64,000 nt of DNA from Acidobacteriota bacterium (GCA_965248695.1 CBDFKD010000002.1:5152001-5216000); one strand, 5' to 3'. Positions 39,576-48,639 are shown, counted from the first letter of the stretch. The notes: generated by a model from the sequence alone, not told the origin. Numbers and translations are program-made.

Positions 39576-40133
39576 ATGAACAACCGCTGCACGGCGATTA
39601 CCACGAGCACCGGAAAACGCTGCAAACGCAAGGCGTTACCCGGATCGGATCGGTGTGCCATCCCCTCGCATGCCGAAGATGTTGTCCAGGAATGTCCAGG
39701 AGCCAACGTGCGCGCGCGCGCGAGGGATTGGGAATCGGTCTACTTCAAAGCGTTAGAGCGTGGACACACCAAGGAGTCTGCTGCCGGTGTCGCTGGCGTC
39801 AGCGCGGCAACGCCCTACAAGCGCGTGCAGCGGGGAGACACGGCGTTCGCCGAGCAGGAGGACATTCACTACAACCGGGGCTTGGGGATGCTCATGGAGG
39901 TGGCGCGGCGACGCATCCTGGATCCCAAGCGCCCTGGAGATCTCGTGCTCAAGCATCTGCTATCGGTTCGTGGCGTCAGCGAGCGCGTGCAAGTGACGGG
40001 TGCCGACGATGGCCCGGTCATCACCAGGATCGAGCGGGTCATCGTGTATCCCGAGAATCGGAATGACGATGCAGACGCTGACCCTAAGGCTGATGCAGCC
40101 GCCGGCCCCGAGGCTCAGGACGATGCGGCATGA
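39576..40133 (+). CDS. Putative terminase small subunit
   Basis: Directly upstream of TerL; N-terminal Cys/His motif, HTH-like SAAGVAGVS, VTGADDGP tail. Confidence 0.6.
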   Translation: MNNRCTAITTSTGKRCKRKALPGSDRCAIPSHAEDVVQECPGANVRARARDWESVYFKALERGHTKESAAGVAGVSAATPYKRVQRGDTAFAEQEDIHYNRGLGMLMEVARRRILDPKRPGDLVLKHLLSVRGVSERVQVTGADDGPVITRIERVIVYPENRNDDADADPKADAAAGPEAQDDAA

Positions 40134-41355
40134 CGGGCAGCATGAAGGCACGCTTCAGATCGACACGCCGCACGGGTTTGAGCCGCTGCTCAAGGAGCGC
40201 GCACGGTACCGGGGTGCGTACGGTGGGCGAGGATCAGGCAAGTCATGGTTTTTCGCCTCGCTGCTGGTGCAACGATGCCTAGAGGATCCCAACACCCGAG
40301 CCCTGTGCGTGCGCGAGGTGCAACGGTCGCTGGATCAGTCCGTGAAGCGGCTGCTAGAGGACACCATCGGAAGGCTCGGGGTGTCAGAGCACTTCCGCAT
40401 CCTCAACACGCATATCGAGACCGGCGCCAACGGCCGGATCATCTTTCACGGGATGCAGAACCATACGGCCGAGTCGATCAAGTCGCTGGAGGGGTATGGG
40501 ATCGCGTGGGTGGAGGAGGCGCAGTCGCTATCAGCCAAGTCGCTAGAGCTGTTGCGCCCGACGGTGCGCGCCACCGGCTCGGAGCTGTGGTTTTCGTGGA
40601 ACCCCAACAGTCCCACCGACCCGGTGGATGCGCTGCTCCGCGGCACCAATGCACCGCCCGGCGCGGTGGTGGTGGAGGCCAACTACGCGGACAACCCCTG
40701 GTTCCCAGACGTGTTGGCCCAGGAGATGCAGTGGGACCGGGCGCGCGACCCGGACAAGTACGCCCACGTCTGGCTGGGGGAGTACGTGGGCCGGTCAGAA
40801 GCGCGAGTGTTCGACAACTGGAGCGTCGAGCAGTTCGCCGATCCGCCCGAAGGCACAGCGTTGTACTTCGGAGCCGACTGGGGTTTCTCAGTCGACCCGA
40901 CGGTGCTGGTGCGCTGCTGGATCGATGGGCGGAAGTTGTACGTGGATCGGGAGGCGTACCAAGTGGGCTGCGAGATCGACCGCACGGCGGAGCTATTCGA
41001 CTCCATCGACAACGGCCAGGCACGCGCCTGGCCGATCATCGCCGATTCCGCTCGTCCGGAGACGATCGCGTATCTGCAGCGACACGGGTACCCGCGCATC
41101 GCCAAAGCGCGCAAGGGGCCGGGAAGCGTGGAAGAAGGTATCGAGTTTCTGCGCAGCTACGACATCGTCGTGCATCCCCGCTGCCACCACATGATCCAGG
41201 AGTTGACGTTGTACAGCTACAAGACGGATCGGCGCACGGGACAAGTGATCCCGGTGCTACAGGACACCCACAACCACGTCATCGACGCGCTGCGCTACGC
41301 GGTGGAGCGGGTGCGGAGAGTCGCGGTGAGGCAGCGACAGGTGGCCTGGGGGTGA
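40123..41355 (+). CDS. terL: Terminase large subunit (PBSX family)
   Basis: YGGRGSGKS Walker A, WVEEA Walker B, SWNP, GADWG, ADSA, NHVIDALRY. Confidence 0.93.
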   Translation: MRHDGQHEGTLQIDTPHGFEPLLKERARYRGAYGGRGSGKSWFFASLLVQRCLEDPNTRALCVREVQRSLDQSVKRLLEDTIGRLGVSEHFRILNTHIETGANGRIIFHGMQNHTAESIKSLEGYGIAWVEEAQSLSAKSLELLRPTVRATGSELWFSWNPNSPTDPVDALLRGTNAPPGAVVVEANYADNPWFPDVLAQEMQWDRARDPDKYAHVWLGEYVGRSEARVFDNWSVEQFADPPEGTALYFGADWGFSVDPTVLVRCWIDGRKLYVDREAYQVGCEIDRTAELFDSIDNGQARAWPIIADSARPETIAYLQRHGYPRIAKARKGPGSVEEGIEFLRSYDIVVHPRCHHMIQELTLYSYKTDRRTGQVIPVLQDTHNHVIDALRYAVERVRRVAVRQRQVAWG

Positions 41356-41761
41356 GGAGACGTGAGGAGACGCGCGCGCAGCAGCGAACCGATCTGCATT
41401 CGGTCGTTTCGTTGGTGCGCACGCCACCCCGAACCGGGGCGGCTCCCCGGAGCGATTTCATACAAGCACTCCAACGACCCTTGCATACCTTCCGAAGGGC
41501 AGCGTGGAGCCAACGTGCGGGTGGGACCGTGCAGGGCCACGACTGTCGCAGTAGGGACCGGGGGCGGATTGTTGTCTTCGACCCGAAGCCAGCCATACGG
41601 GGGCGTCCGCAAAAGCCACCTCCCCCACTAAGGACCAGGGGGAGTTGTCGGGTGTGCAAGTAGTAGTTAGAGGAACATATATCAGTAGATCTCGTCCGCT
41701 AGGTCCGGGGGGGGGGGGAAAGGCCCCCGGTATGCGCGAGAGCTGAAAAAGGGGTGGGACG

Positions 41762-43177
41762 ATGCCAGTAGATACCGCTTCCGATACGTATGAGGCGTTC
41801 GTCACCAAGTGGCAGCGGGTGCGTCATTGCTACGAAGGCTCTGACGCAGTCAAGGAGCAGGGGGCTGGATACCTGCCCCCGCTAGCGAGCCACGGACGCG
41901 AGCCAGCCAAGTACGAGGCTTACAAGCAACGAGCGCTGTTTTACAACGCCACCGGACGCACGGTGGATGGTTTGGCGGGACTGATCTTTCAGAAAGAGCC
42001 AACGCTTCTGCTGCCCGCAAGCATCCAGGATCACGATAGGGACGTGACGCTAGGGGGCGAGTCGGCCGAGACGTTCGCACTCCAAGCTACCCGCGAGGTG
42101 CTGCTGACGGGTCGCTACGGAATCCTGGTGGAGATGGGCTCCGAACAGGTAGCGGGTAAGCGACCCTACTGGTGTGGGTATCGGGCCGAGGACATCGTGT
42201 CGTGGCGCACGCAGCGTCTGGGTGGCGATGAGATCACTACACGGGTGGTGCTCAGAGAGGTAGCGCGGGAGCCCGATGAGCGAGACGAGTTCGTCACGCG
42301 GCAAATCGATCAGTACCGGGTGCTGCGGCTACGAGACGGGGCATATACGCAAACGGTGTATCGGAAAGCCTCGAAATCCTCCTCCAAGTACGAACCATGG
42401 ACACCGCCGGGGCAGCAGGAGCCGGAAGTGGTGGCGATACGGCGCGGCGAGGCGCTGCCGTTCATTCCCTTCGTGTTCGTGTCTCCAAACTCCACGTCGG
42501 CTCGGGTGGACAAGCCCCCCCTGCTGGACCTGGTGGATGTGAACCTGTCGCACTACCGGACGATGGCGGACCTAGAGCACGGGCGACACTTCACGGCACT
42601 GCCTACCCCGTGGGTAGCCGGGATCAAGGACGAGGAGTCAGGGCGGTTGGAGATCGGCTCGGGCACAGCGTGGATGCTGGAGCCCACCGGTAAGGCGGGG
42701 ATGCTGGAGTTCACCGGCCAGGGGTTAGGGGCGTTGGACAAGGCATCGGAGGAAAAGCGCCTCATGATGGCGACGCTGGGTGCGCGGTTGTTGGAAGAGC
42801 AGCCGCGAGCGGCGGAGACCGCCACGGCGGTAGGGATGCGTCACGCTGGGGCCCACGCCACGCTGCGAACGGTGGCGCAGGCGATCGAGAGTGCCCTGGG
42901 TCAGGCGTGGCGGTATCACGCCTGGTGGATGGGTACGGAAGCCAAGCCAAGCGACGTGGAGGTTGCCTACGAGCTGAACAAGGACTTCGTGGCGGTGCCG
43001 ATGAGGGCCGACATGTTGCGCTCCTTGGTGTTGGCGTTGCAGGCGGACGCGGTGTCGTTTGAGACCTTCTGGGCGGCGATGCAGAAGGGCGAGCTGGCGC
43101 GGCCGGGGGTGAGTGCGGAGGAGGAACAAGCGGAGATCGGGCGTCAGGGACCGGCGCTCGTGGGAGAGGTGGCGTGA
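41762..43177 (+). CDS. Portal protein (DUF4055-type)
   Basis: Position after TerL; YKQRALFYNATGRT, KPPLLDL, HY...AD.EHG.HFTALP, ETATA. Confidence 0.85.
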   Translation: MPVDTASDTYEAFVTKWQRVRHCYEGSDAVKEQGAGYLPPLASHGREPAKYEAYKQRALFYNATGRTVDGLAGLIFQKEPTLLLPASIQDHDRDVTLGGESAETFALQATREVLLTGRYGILVEMGSEQVAGKRPYWCGYRAEDIVSWRTQRLGGDEITTRVVLREVAREPDERDEFVTRQIDQYRVLRLRDGAYTQTVYRKASKSSSKYEPWTPPGQQEPEVVAIRRGEALPFIPFVFVSPNSTSARVDKPPLLDLVDVNLSHYRTMADLEHGRHFTALPTPWVAGIKDEESGRLEIGSGTAWMLEPTGKAGMLEFTGQGLGALDKASEEKRLMMATLGARLLEEQPRAAETATAVGMRHAGAHATLRTVAQAIESALGQAWRYHAWWMGTEAKPSDVEVAYELNKDFVAVPMRADMLRSLVLALQADAVSFETFWAAMQKGELARPGVSAEEEQAEIGRQGPALVGEVA

Positions 43178-43476
43178 GCAGGGTTCTAAGAGTTGACGGG
43201 ATATCGGTAGCCGTTGAGGAGGTGCCTCGTATCCATATAACCGAGGAGGCTCACGGCGAGTTTATTAGCCAGCCGACGCCGCACATTCGGCTAGCAGAGG
43301 ACTTGCCGGACGGTGAATGGAAGCACTATGTGCTGCTGCATGAGTGGGTGCATGCGGTGTTATTCGTGCGGGGGCTGAGCTCGGTTCTCGAAGAGCATCA
43401 AGAACTCGAAGAGTTGGTATGCAACGCCATTGCATCCGAGATGGTCAAGGGGGGGTTATTTCCCGATGCCACGTAG
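43174..43476 (+). CDS. Small HExxH metallopeptidase-like phage protein
   Basis: VLLHEWVHA with downstream EE. Confidence 0.6.
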   Translation: MSRVLRVDGISVAVEEVPRIHITEEAHGEFISQPTPHIRLAEDLPDGEWKHYVLLHEWVHAVLFVRGLSSVLEEHQELEELVCNAIASEMVKGGLFPDAT

Positions 43477-43744
43477 AGAGCCTGCGTATCGGGAGCTTCA
43501 TGCGGCCGCCGACAGGATCGAGCCGCGCCTGGAGCGGGCGTTCGTACGGGCCATGGAGCGCTTGCGGGATCAGGTGTCGATCAACGAGCTAGCGCTAGCG
43601 CTGTCGGCCGGCGATGCGAAGGGGGCGCTGCGGCGGGTGCCGGTGGGTGAGGTTCGGGAGGCGTTGGAGGGAGTGGGAGACAGCGTGCAGGAGGCGTTCA
43701 TGCGCGGTGGAAGACTCGGGGCGAAGCGAATCAATGAGCTCTAG
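43466..43744 (+). CDS. Probable N-terminal part of head morphogenesis (minor head) protein
   Basis: Helical protein after portal; first copy of a 40-bp duplication inside. Confidence 0.5.
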   Translation: MPRREPAYRELHAAADRIEPRLERAFVRAMERLRDQVSINELALALSAGDAKGALRRVPVGEVREALEGVGDSVQEAFMRGGRLGAKRINEL

Positions 43745-43786
43745 GATGGAGCGGGCGTTCGTACGGGCCATGGAGCGCTTGCGGGA
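43530..43786 (+). repeat. 40-bp perfect direct repeat (43530-43569 and 43747-43786)
   Basis: TGGAGCGGGCGTTCGTACGGGCCATGGAGCGCTTGCGGGA twice. Confidence 0.95.
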
Positions 43787-44060
43787 GGGTCTGTACGACG
43801 AGGCTGGTGCCGAGAGCTTGATGGCGCCTGTTCTGGTGGAGTGGCACGACTCGTACGGCTGTTCTGCCAGTTGGCAGCCATTGGATATGATCGAGCCTGC
43901 GGCTCTCGTGTACCGGTCTGTAGGGTGGTTGGTACACGAAGACGATCAGTGTCTCGTGGTTGTGCCCCACCTGACGGACCAGACTGAGGGAGTTGCCCGC
44001 CAGGGGTGCGGCGACATGACGATTCCACGCTGCGCGGTGCTACGCGCGTCCAACGCCTAA
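43746..44060 (+). CDS. Small phage hypothetical protein (VxWxD-type)
   Basis: VLVEWHDS...W...SVGWL...IP pattern common in small phage proteins; start uncertain. Confidence 0.55.
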   Translation: MERAFVRAMERLREGLYDEAGAESLMAPVLVEWHDSYGCSASWQPLDMIEPAALVYRSVGWLVHEDDQCLVVVPHLTDQTEGVARQGCGDMTIPRCAVLRASNA

Positions 44061-44074
44061 CGAGCCGGTAAGCG

Positions 44075-44656
44075 ATGGCCACGACCAGCACTTCCTTCCG
44101 GTTCGACGCCACGCTCCCGGCAGCACAGCGCGCCGCTGCCCGCCATGCGGCACGGCTCGTCAAGGGAGTCTCAGAGGAGACCCGTCGGGGTATTCGTGCA
44201 GCCATCGTGCGCGCCATCCGCGAGGGGCAGCCTCCGTTCGAGGCGGCACGCGCGATCCAACCGATGATCGGACTGAACGCGCAACAGGTCCAAGCGGCGC
44301 TGAATTACCGCGCCGAGCTGATCGACCAGGGGCTGACGCTGCAGTTTGTCGACCGCAAGGTGGACCGCTACGTGCAGAAGAAGCTTCGGGAGCGAGCCCG
44401 AACGATCGCCCGCACCGAGATCATGAACGCGCTCAATGCGGGGCAGGAAGAATCCTGGCGTCAGGCGCAGCGGGCGGGGCTGTTGCCCAAGGGGCAGAAG
44501 AAAGTATGGATCGTCACGCCGGATGATCGGCTCTGCCCGATTTGTGAGCCGATGCGTGACGCCGTGGCGGAGGTTGGTAAGCCGTTTCCGATTCCGGGGC
44601 CACCGGCGCATCCTCGGTGCCGGTGCGCGGTGGGGATCGCTACAGACGGCCGCTAG
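44075..44656 (+). CDS. Head morphogenesis protein (SPP1 gp7 / Mu F-like), C-terminal part
   Basis: RARTIARTE, KKVW, CPIC and PPAHPRCRC motifs. Confidence 0.8.
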   Translation: MATTSTSFRFDATLPAAQRAAARHAARLVKGVSEETRRGIRAAIVRAIREGQPPFEAARAIQPMIGLNAQQVQAALNYRAELIDQGLTLQFVDRKVDRYVQKKLRERARTIARTEIMNALNAGQEESWRQAQRAGLLPKGQKKVWIVTPDDRLCPICEPMRDAVAEVGKPFPIPGPPAHPRCRCAVGIATDGR

Positions 44657-44800
44657 AGCACGTTAATCGCGTGTAGCACGCAGTCTCCCCTGATACCACC
44701 AGATCGGGGAGGAGAAACGATCTTCGCCACAGCAGCAATCTCCATAGCGAAGACATAGCTATAGAAGAACAAAGTTAGTCACTTTTGCGCAAGGGGGGTG

Positions 44801-44831
44801 TTGACACCGCAACCAGGATCGTCGTATTGAT
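44801..44831 (+). promoter_or_regulatory. Putative sigma70-type promoter for scaffold/capsid operon
   Basis: Perfect TTGACA at 44801-44806 after an AT-rich tract; weak -10 (TATTGA). Confidence 0.4.
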
Positions 44832-44904
44832 TCAAGGAGACGGATTCAGACGCAACGGACCGTAGCCGGGGGGCCACGGTCGGTCGCGCTGACAGGGTGG
44901 GAGC

Positions 44905-45666
44905 ATGCAAGTCGTCGTTGAAGATCTGGGTGCCGTTGCCGAAGCACTTCGCGACGAGTACGTGGAGCGTGACGGTAAGTACGTACTGAAGCTCGAAGGC
45001 GATGTGCCGGGGATGGTGGTGGCCTCGGAGCTGGAGGAGCAGAAGAAGGCCACGGCGCATTTCCGGGATAGCAACGTTGGTCTGAACAGCAAGATCGGTG
45101 ATTTGACCACGAGGCTCGATGAGATCTCCGGTCTTGAGGACAAGTACACGAGCGCCGTCACGGAGCTTGAGACGTTGAAGAAGACGGCGCCCAAGAAGGA
45201 CGCGGAGATGCAAGCGATCCAGGCGCAGCTAGAGTCATTGGCAAAAAAGCTCGATGAGTCCAATGCGCGCGAGGTGGCGGCACGGCAGCAAGCGGCACGG
45301 AAGGATCTTGAGTCGCAGCTGCGAACCGTGGGATCCAAGCTCGGAGTACGTGACGAGGCGTGGGAAGACTTTTTGTCTCGTGGAACAGCGGTCTTCCAGC
45401 TGACCGAAGAGGACGGCAAGGTCGTTGCCAAGCGTGGCGAGGAGCCGTTGTTTTCCGAAATCAACCCGGCGCTGCCGCTCACGATGCAAGAGTGGGGCGA
45501 GAGGCTACAGCGACAAGCGGCGCATCTGTTCAAGGAATCCACCGGAGGTGGAGCACGCCCGAGCGATACGAGCGGTTCCACAACGGGCATGGCACGTATG
45601 GTTTCGGAAGATCAGTTCGGGGGGAGCTTGGAGGACATTGCGGCCGGCAAGGCCGTAGTACAGTAG
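44905..45666 (+). CDS. Head scaffolding protein
   Basis: Before capsid; Y.E.DGKYVL, long coiled coil, HLFKESTGGGA tail. Confidence 0.78.
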   Translation: MQVVVEDLGAVAEALRDEYVERDGKYVLKLEGDVPGMVVASELEEQKKATAHFRDSNVGLNSKIGDLTTRLDEISGLEDKYTSAVTELETLKKTAPKKDAEMQAIQAQLESLAKKLDESNAREVAARQQAARKDLESQLRTVGSKLGVRDEAWEDFLSRGTAVFQLTEEDGKVVAKRGEEPLFSEINPALPLTMQEWGERLQRQAAHLFKESTGGGARPSDTSGSTTGMARMVSEDQFGGSLEDIAAGKAVVQ

Positions 45667-45680
45667 AGGACAGCAGTACC

Positions 45681-45967
45681 GAGCGTGACGTAGCACGCCA
45701 TTAGGCTACGGCGGCTAACAGGGTCTCTTTAGATCCAGGGGGCCGCGCCCCGGTGGGGACGAATCGGAAGTAACCGAGCGTGACGCGGTGCGGTACGAAG
45801 CCGCGGCGGCTGGTGGATCTTGAAGGATCCAAGGGCCGTGCCCCGGTGGGGACGAATTCGGTAGTACTAAGACATATTCTGAGAGCGTGACGTGGCACGC
45901 CATTAGGTCACGGCGGCTAACAGGGTCTCTTCAGATCCAGGGGGCCGCGCCCCGGTGGGGACGAATC
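45681..45967 (+). ncRNA. Three tandem ~85-nt structured units in the capsid gene leader (candidate cis-regulatory RNA)
   Basis: Units 45681-45765, 45776-45857 and 45883-45967 share GAGCGTGACG...CGGCGGCT...GATCCA.GGGCCG.GCCCCGGTGGGGACGAAT with pairing-preserving substitutions. Confidence 0.7.
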
Positions 45968-45999
45968 CGCAACTTCTTTTGTGGAGGAGTGCCCCGACA

Positions 46000-47115
46000 G
46001 TGGCCAATACCAACACCACCACGCATATCGTTGACCGTCTGTTGGCACAGGGTCTGTTGGCTCTGCGCGAGATGGTGGTCATGCCGCGGTTCGTCAACCG
46101 CGCCTACGAAAACGTTCCGGGCGATCAGTACTCGACGATCGATGTACCGATCCCCTCGGCGATCGCCGCAACCGCGGTAACGCCTTCCAACACGCCGCCC
46201 GACGATGCCGGGATCGCGCCGACGAAGGTGTCGCTCGTACTGGATCAGTGGTACGAGGCGCCGTTTTTCCTCAACGACAAGGAAATGCTGGAGGTGCAGT
46301 CGGGAACGATCCCGATGCAAGCCTCCGAGGCGATCAAGGCGCTGGCGAACAACATCGACAACGCCATCCTTGCCAAGTACAAGGACATCTACGGGTACGC
46401 CGGCACGGCGGGCACCACGCCGTTTACGAGCGACCTGTCGGCGTTCGTGAACGCCCGCAAGGTGCTCAACGAACAGCTCGCGCCACTGGATCCACGCTTT
46501 TGCGTGATCGATCCGGATGCAGAGGCGAACGCGCTGAACCTGCGCGCCTTCCAGGACGCCAGTTACCGGGGTGACCGTCAGGGTATCTTGCGTGGTGAGA
46601 TCGGCGAGAAGCTCGGCTCCATGTGGGCGATGGACCAGAACGTTCCAACGCATACCACGGGCGGCGGCTCAGGCTGGCTGGTGAACCAGTCGGACCATGT
46701 GGTGGGCAACGGAACCGTGACGATCGATACCGGCTCGGGCGATCCCGCCGAGGGCGACATCTTCACGGTGGCCGGTGACACGCAGACCTACGTCGTGGAG
46801 GCCTACGGGAGCAACGTCATCACCTACGCACCGGCGTCGAAGGTTGCCTGGGCCGACGATGCGGCGCTGACGTTCAAGGGCAGCCACACGGTGAACCTGG
46901 CGTTTCACCGTGACGCCTTCGCGTTGGCCATGCGGCCGTTCCAGGGAGCCGACCCGATGGGAGTCGGGACGTTCCGCGCGGCGGTCGACCCGGTATCGGG
47001 CTTGGCGCTGCGACTGGAAGTGTCGCGTCAGCACAAGAGGACTCGCTTCTCCTACGACTCCCTCTACGGTGTGCAGACGGTTCGCCCGGAGCTGGCGGTG
47101 CGCGTCGCAGGCTAA
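46000..47115 (+). CDS. Major capsid protein (P22 coat-like, HK97 fold)
   Basis: GTG start after GGAGGA; ALANNID, NLAFHRDAFALA.RP, D.LYG...RPELAVR. Confidence 0.88.
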   Translation: MANTNTTTHIVDRLLAQGLLALREMVVMPRFVNRAYENVPGDQYSTIDVPIPSAIAATAVTPSNTPPDDAGIAPTKVSLVLDQWYEAPFFLNDKEMLEVQSGTIPMQASEAIKALANNIDNAILAKYKDIYGYAGTAGTTPFTSDLSAFVNARKVLNEQLAPLDPRFCVIDPDAEANALNLRAFQDASYRGDRQGILRGEIGEKLGSMWAMDQNVPTHTTGGGSGWLVNQSDHVVGNGTVTIDTGSGDPAEGDIFTVAGDTQTYVVEAYGSNVITYAPASKVAWADDAALTFKGSHTVNLAFHRDAFALAMRPFQGADPMGVGTFRAAVDPVSGLALRLEVSRQHKRTRFSYDSLYGVQTVRPELAVRVAG

Positions 47116-47137
47116 TCGGCTGGGTCCACAATGATGA

Positions 47138-47174
47138 GGCTCGGTCGCGCTGGCTGCGTGCTCGCGACCGAGCC
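47138..47174 (+). terminator. Hairpin after capsid gene (stabiliser or weak terminator)
   Basis: 12-bp perfect stem GGCTCGGTCGCG / CGCGACCGAGCC; no U-tract. Confidence 0.45.
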
Positions 47175-47197
47175 CACACCCCCTAGGTGACAAAGCG

Positions 47198-47371
47198 ATG
47201 GCTGCAATACCGACTCAGAAAGTCCGTCGCAAAAGCGATGGGGCGGAGTGCGTGATCAATCGAGAAGAGTTCAACGAACACGACTACGAGGAGATAGCCA
47301 AGCCGAAGGCTAGAGGCGGTGGCAAGCCGAAGTCCAAGGCGCAGCCTACGAAAAGGCGCAAGGGGAACTGA
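47198..47371 (+). CDS. 57-aa basic phage protein (absent from ORF track)
   Basis: MAAIPTQKVRRKSDGAECVINREEF...KRRKGN; TGATG overlap with next gene. Confidence 0.7.
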   Translation: MAAIPTQKVRRKSDGAECVINREEFNEHDYEEIAKPKARGGGKPKSKAQPTKRRKGN

Positions 47372-47910
47372 TGGCGACCTCGGTACTGAATGCGACCGTC
47401 GGCGGGGCTTGGAGCAACACCTACGCCACGCTGGGGGAGGCCGAGCAGTACCACGAGGACCGGGTCGCGTCCGGTACGGCGTGGACAGCCACGAGCACCG
47501 AGGAGGATGCCAAGACCAAGGCGCTGTTGATGGCGACGCTGCTGCTGGACCGAGCCTTTGAGTGGAGCGGGCACGCGGTGGATCGGAACCAGGCGCTGCA
47601 ATGGCCCCGCACGGGGATGCTCAAGCCGACCGGGTTTGAGCACGTCGCCTCCACCGAGATCCCGGTGCAGATCAAGAACGCGCAGGCGGAATACGCCCGG
47701 CAACTGCTGGCCGATCTCGGCCGCACGGATGATTCCGATATCGAGACCAAAGGCATCACCAGGATCAAGGCAGGGCCGGTGGAGTTGGAGTTCAAAGACT
47801 CCGTGTTTGCCAAGGCGGTGCCGGACCTGGTGGTGCTGCTGCTCCCGGAGCACTGGTACTACGCGGTACGGGGCCGTGCCTCCGGTACGCGACAGCTGGT
47901 GAGGGCGTAG
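47371..47910 (+). CDS. Head-tail adaptor (DnaT-like annotated family)
   Basis: NTYAT..EA..Y, AL..AT..LD, QALQWPR, IP..IK.AQAE. Confidence 0.75.
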   Translation: MATSVLNATVGGAWSNTYATLGEAEQYHEDRVASGTAWTATSTEEDAKTKALLMATLLLDRAFEWSGHAVDRNQALQWPRTGMLKPTGFEHVASTEIPVQIKNAQAEYARQLLADLGRTDDSDIETKGITRIKAGPVELEFKDSVFAKAVPDLVVLLLPEHWYYAVRGRASGTRQLVRA

Positions 47911-47914
47911 CGAT

Positions 47915-48271
47915 ATGGGCTTGGAGAGTCTCGTTGCCTCCGGTGTGGCGCTGGCCAACAGCCTCACGAGCGACCTGCAGCACGACGTGGTCCACGAAGC
48001 GTATGAAGGCCCCAATGACCAGGGGGCACCGACGTATGGCTCAGCGGTACAGCGGCCAGCGCTCGTGGAGCACAGGCAGCGACAGGTGCGCGGCGACGAG
48101 GGCAACGTGGTGATGGCGCGGGCCAAGGTGAGCTTTCTGCACCCGGTGCGGATCGGTCCGTTGGATCGGATCACGCTACCGGACGGCACGACGGGGCCGA
48201 TCCTGGATATCGAGGGGATGGTGAATGGCTCCACCGGGGCACCCTACATGCTCGAGGTGTGGCTGGGATGA
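47915..48271 (+). CDS. Putative head closure protein
   Basis: Synteny and size; G.PTYG and DRITLPDG. Confidence 0.6.
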   Translation: MGLESLVASGVALANSLTSDLQHDVVHEAYEGPNDQGAPTYGSAVQRPALVEHRQRQVRGDEGNVVMARAKVSFLHPVRIGPLDRITLPDGTTGPILDIEGMVNGSTGAPYMLEVWLG

Positions 48272-48639
48272 GCGTACGGATCGAGGGGTTGTCTGAGCTG
48301 AGGCGCAAGCTGGGGGCCGTAACGGCTCGCATGCCGAGCAAGATCGAGGCGGCGTTGCACCGGGAGGCTCAAAAGATCGCCACCAAGAGCCGTCGGCGAA
48401 CCCCGGTGGATACCGGCGCACTACGTGCCAGCCACAACGTGGAGGCGCCCAGGCGGTCGGGTCGGGATGTATCGGTGCGGATCGGTGTTGGGGGGCCGGC
48501 GGTGAGCTACGCACACCGCGTACACGAGGACCTAGAGGCGCGCCACACGGTGGGCGAGGCGAAGTTTCTGGAGAACTCCGTGACCGAGGCGATTCCAGGG
48601 ATGGCGGCGCGGATCGGCAAGGGGTTGTTGGAGCGCTGA
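48268..48639 (+). CDS. HK97 gp10-like neck protein
   Basis: PVDTGALRAS, YAHRVHE, AKFLE motifs. Confidence 0.8.
   Translation: MSVRIEGLSELRRKLGAVTARMPSKIEAALHREAQKIATKSRRRTPVDTGALRASHNVEAPRRSGRDVSVRIGVGGPAVSYAHRVHEDLEARHTVGEAKFLENSVTEAIPGMAARIGKGLLER

Noticed and set aside
40000-40122. Longer TerL N-terminus given by the ORF track
   Set aside because: Overlaps the small terminase gene extensively; ATG 40123 gives a more typical start and length.
45681-45967. CRISPR mini-array, tRNA cluster or hammerhead/HDV-like ribozyme
   Set aside because: Units are ~85 nt with 10- and 25-nt gaps and no cas genes. There is no TTC T-loop or CCA end, no CUGANGA/GAAA core, and I could not build the HDV nested pseudoknot despite the CGAAU after a hairpin.
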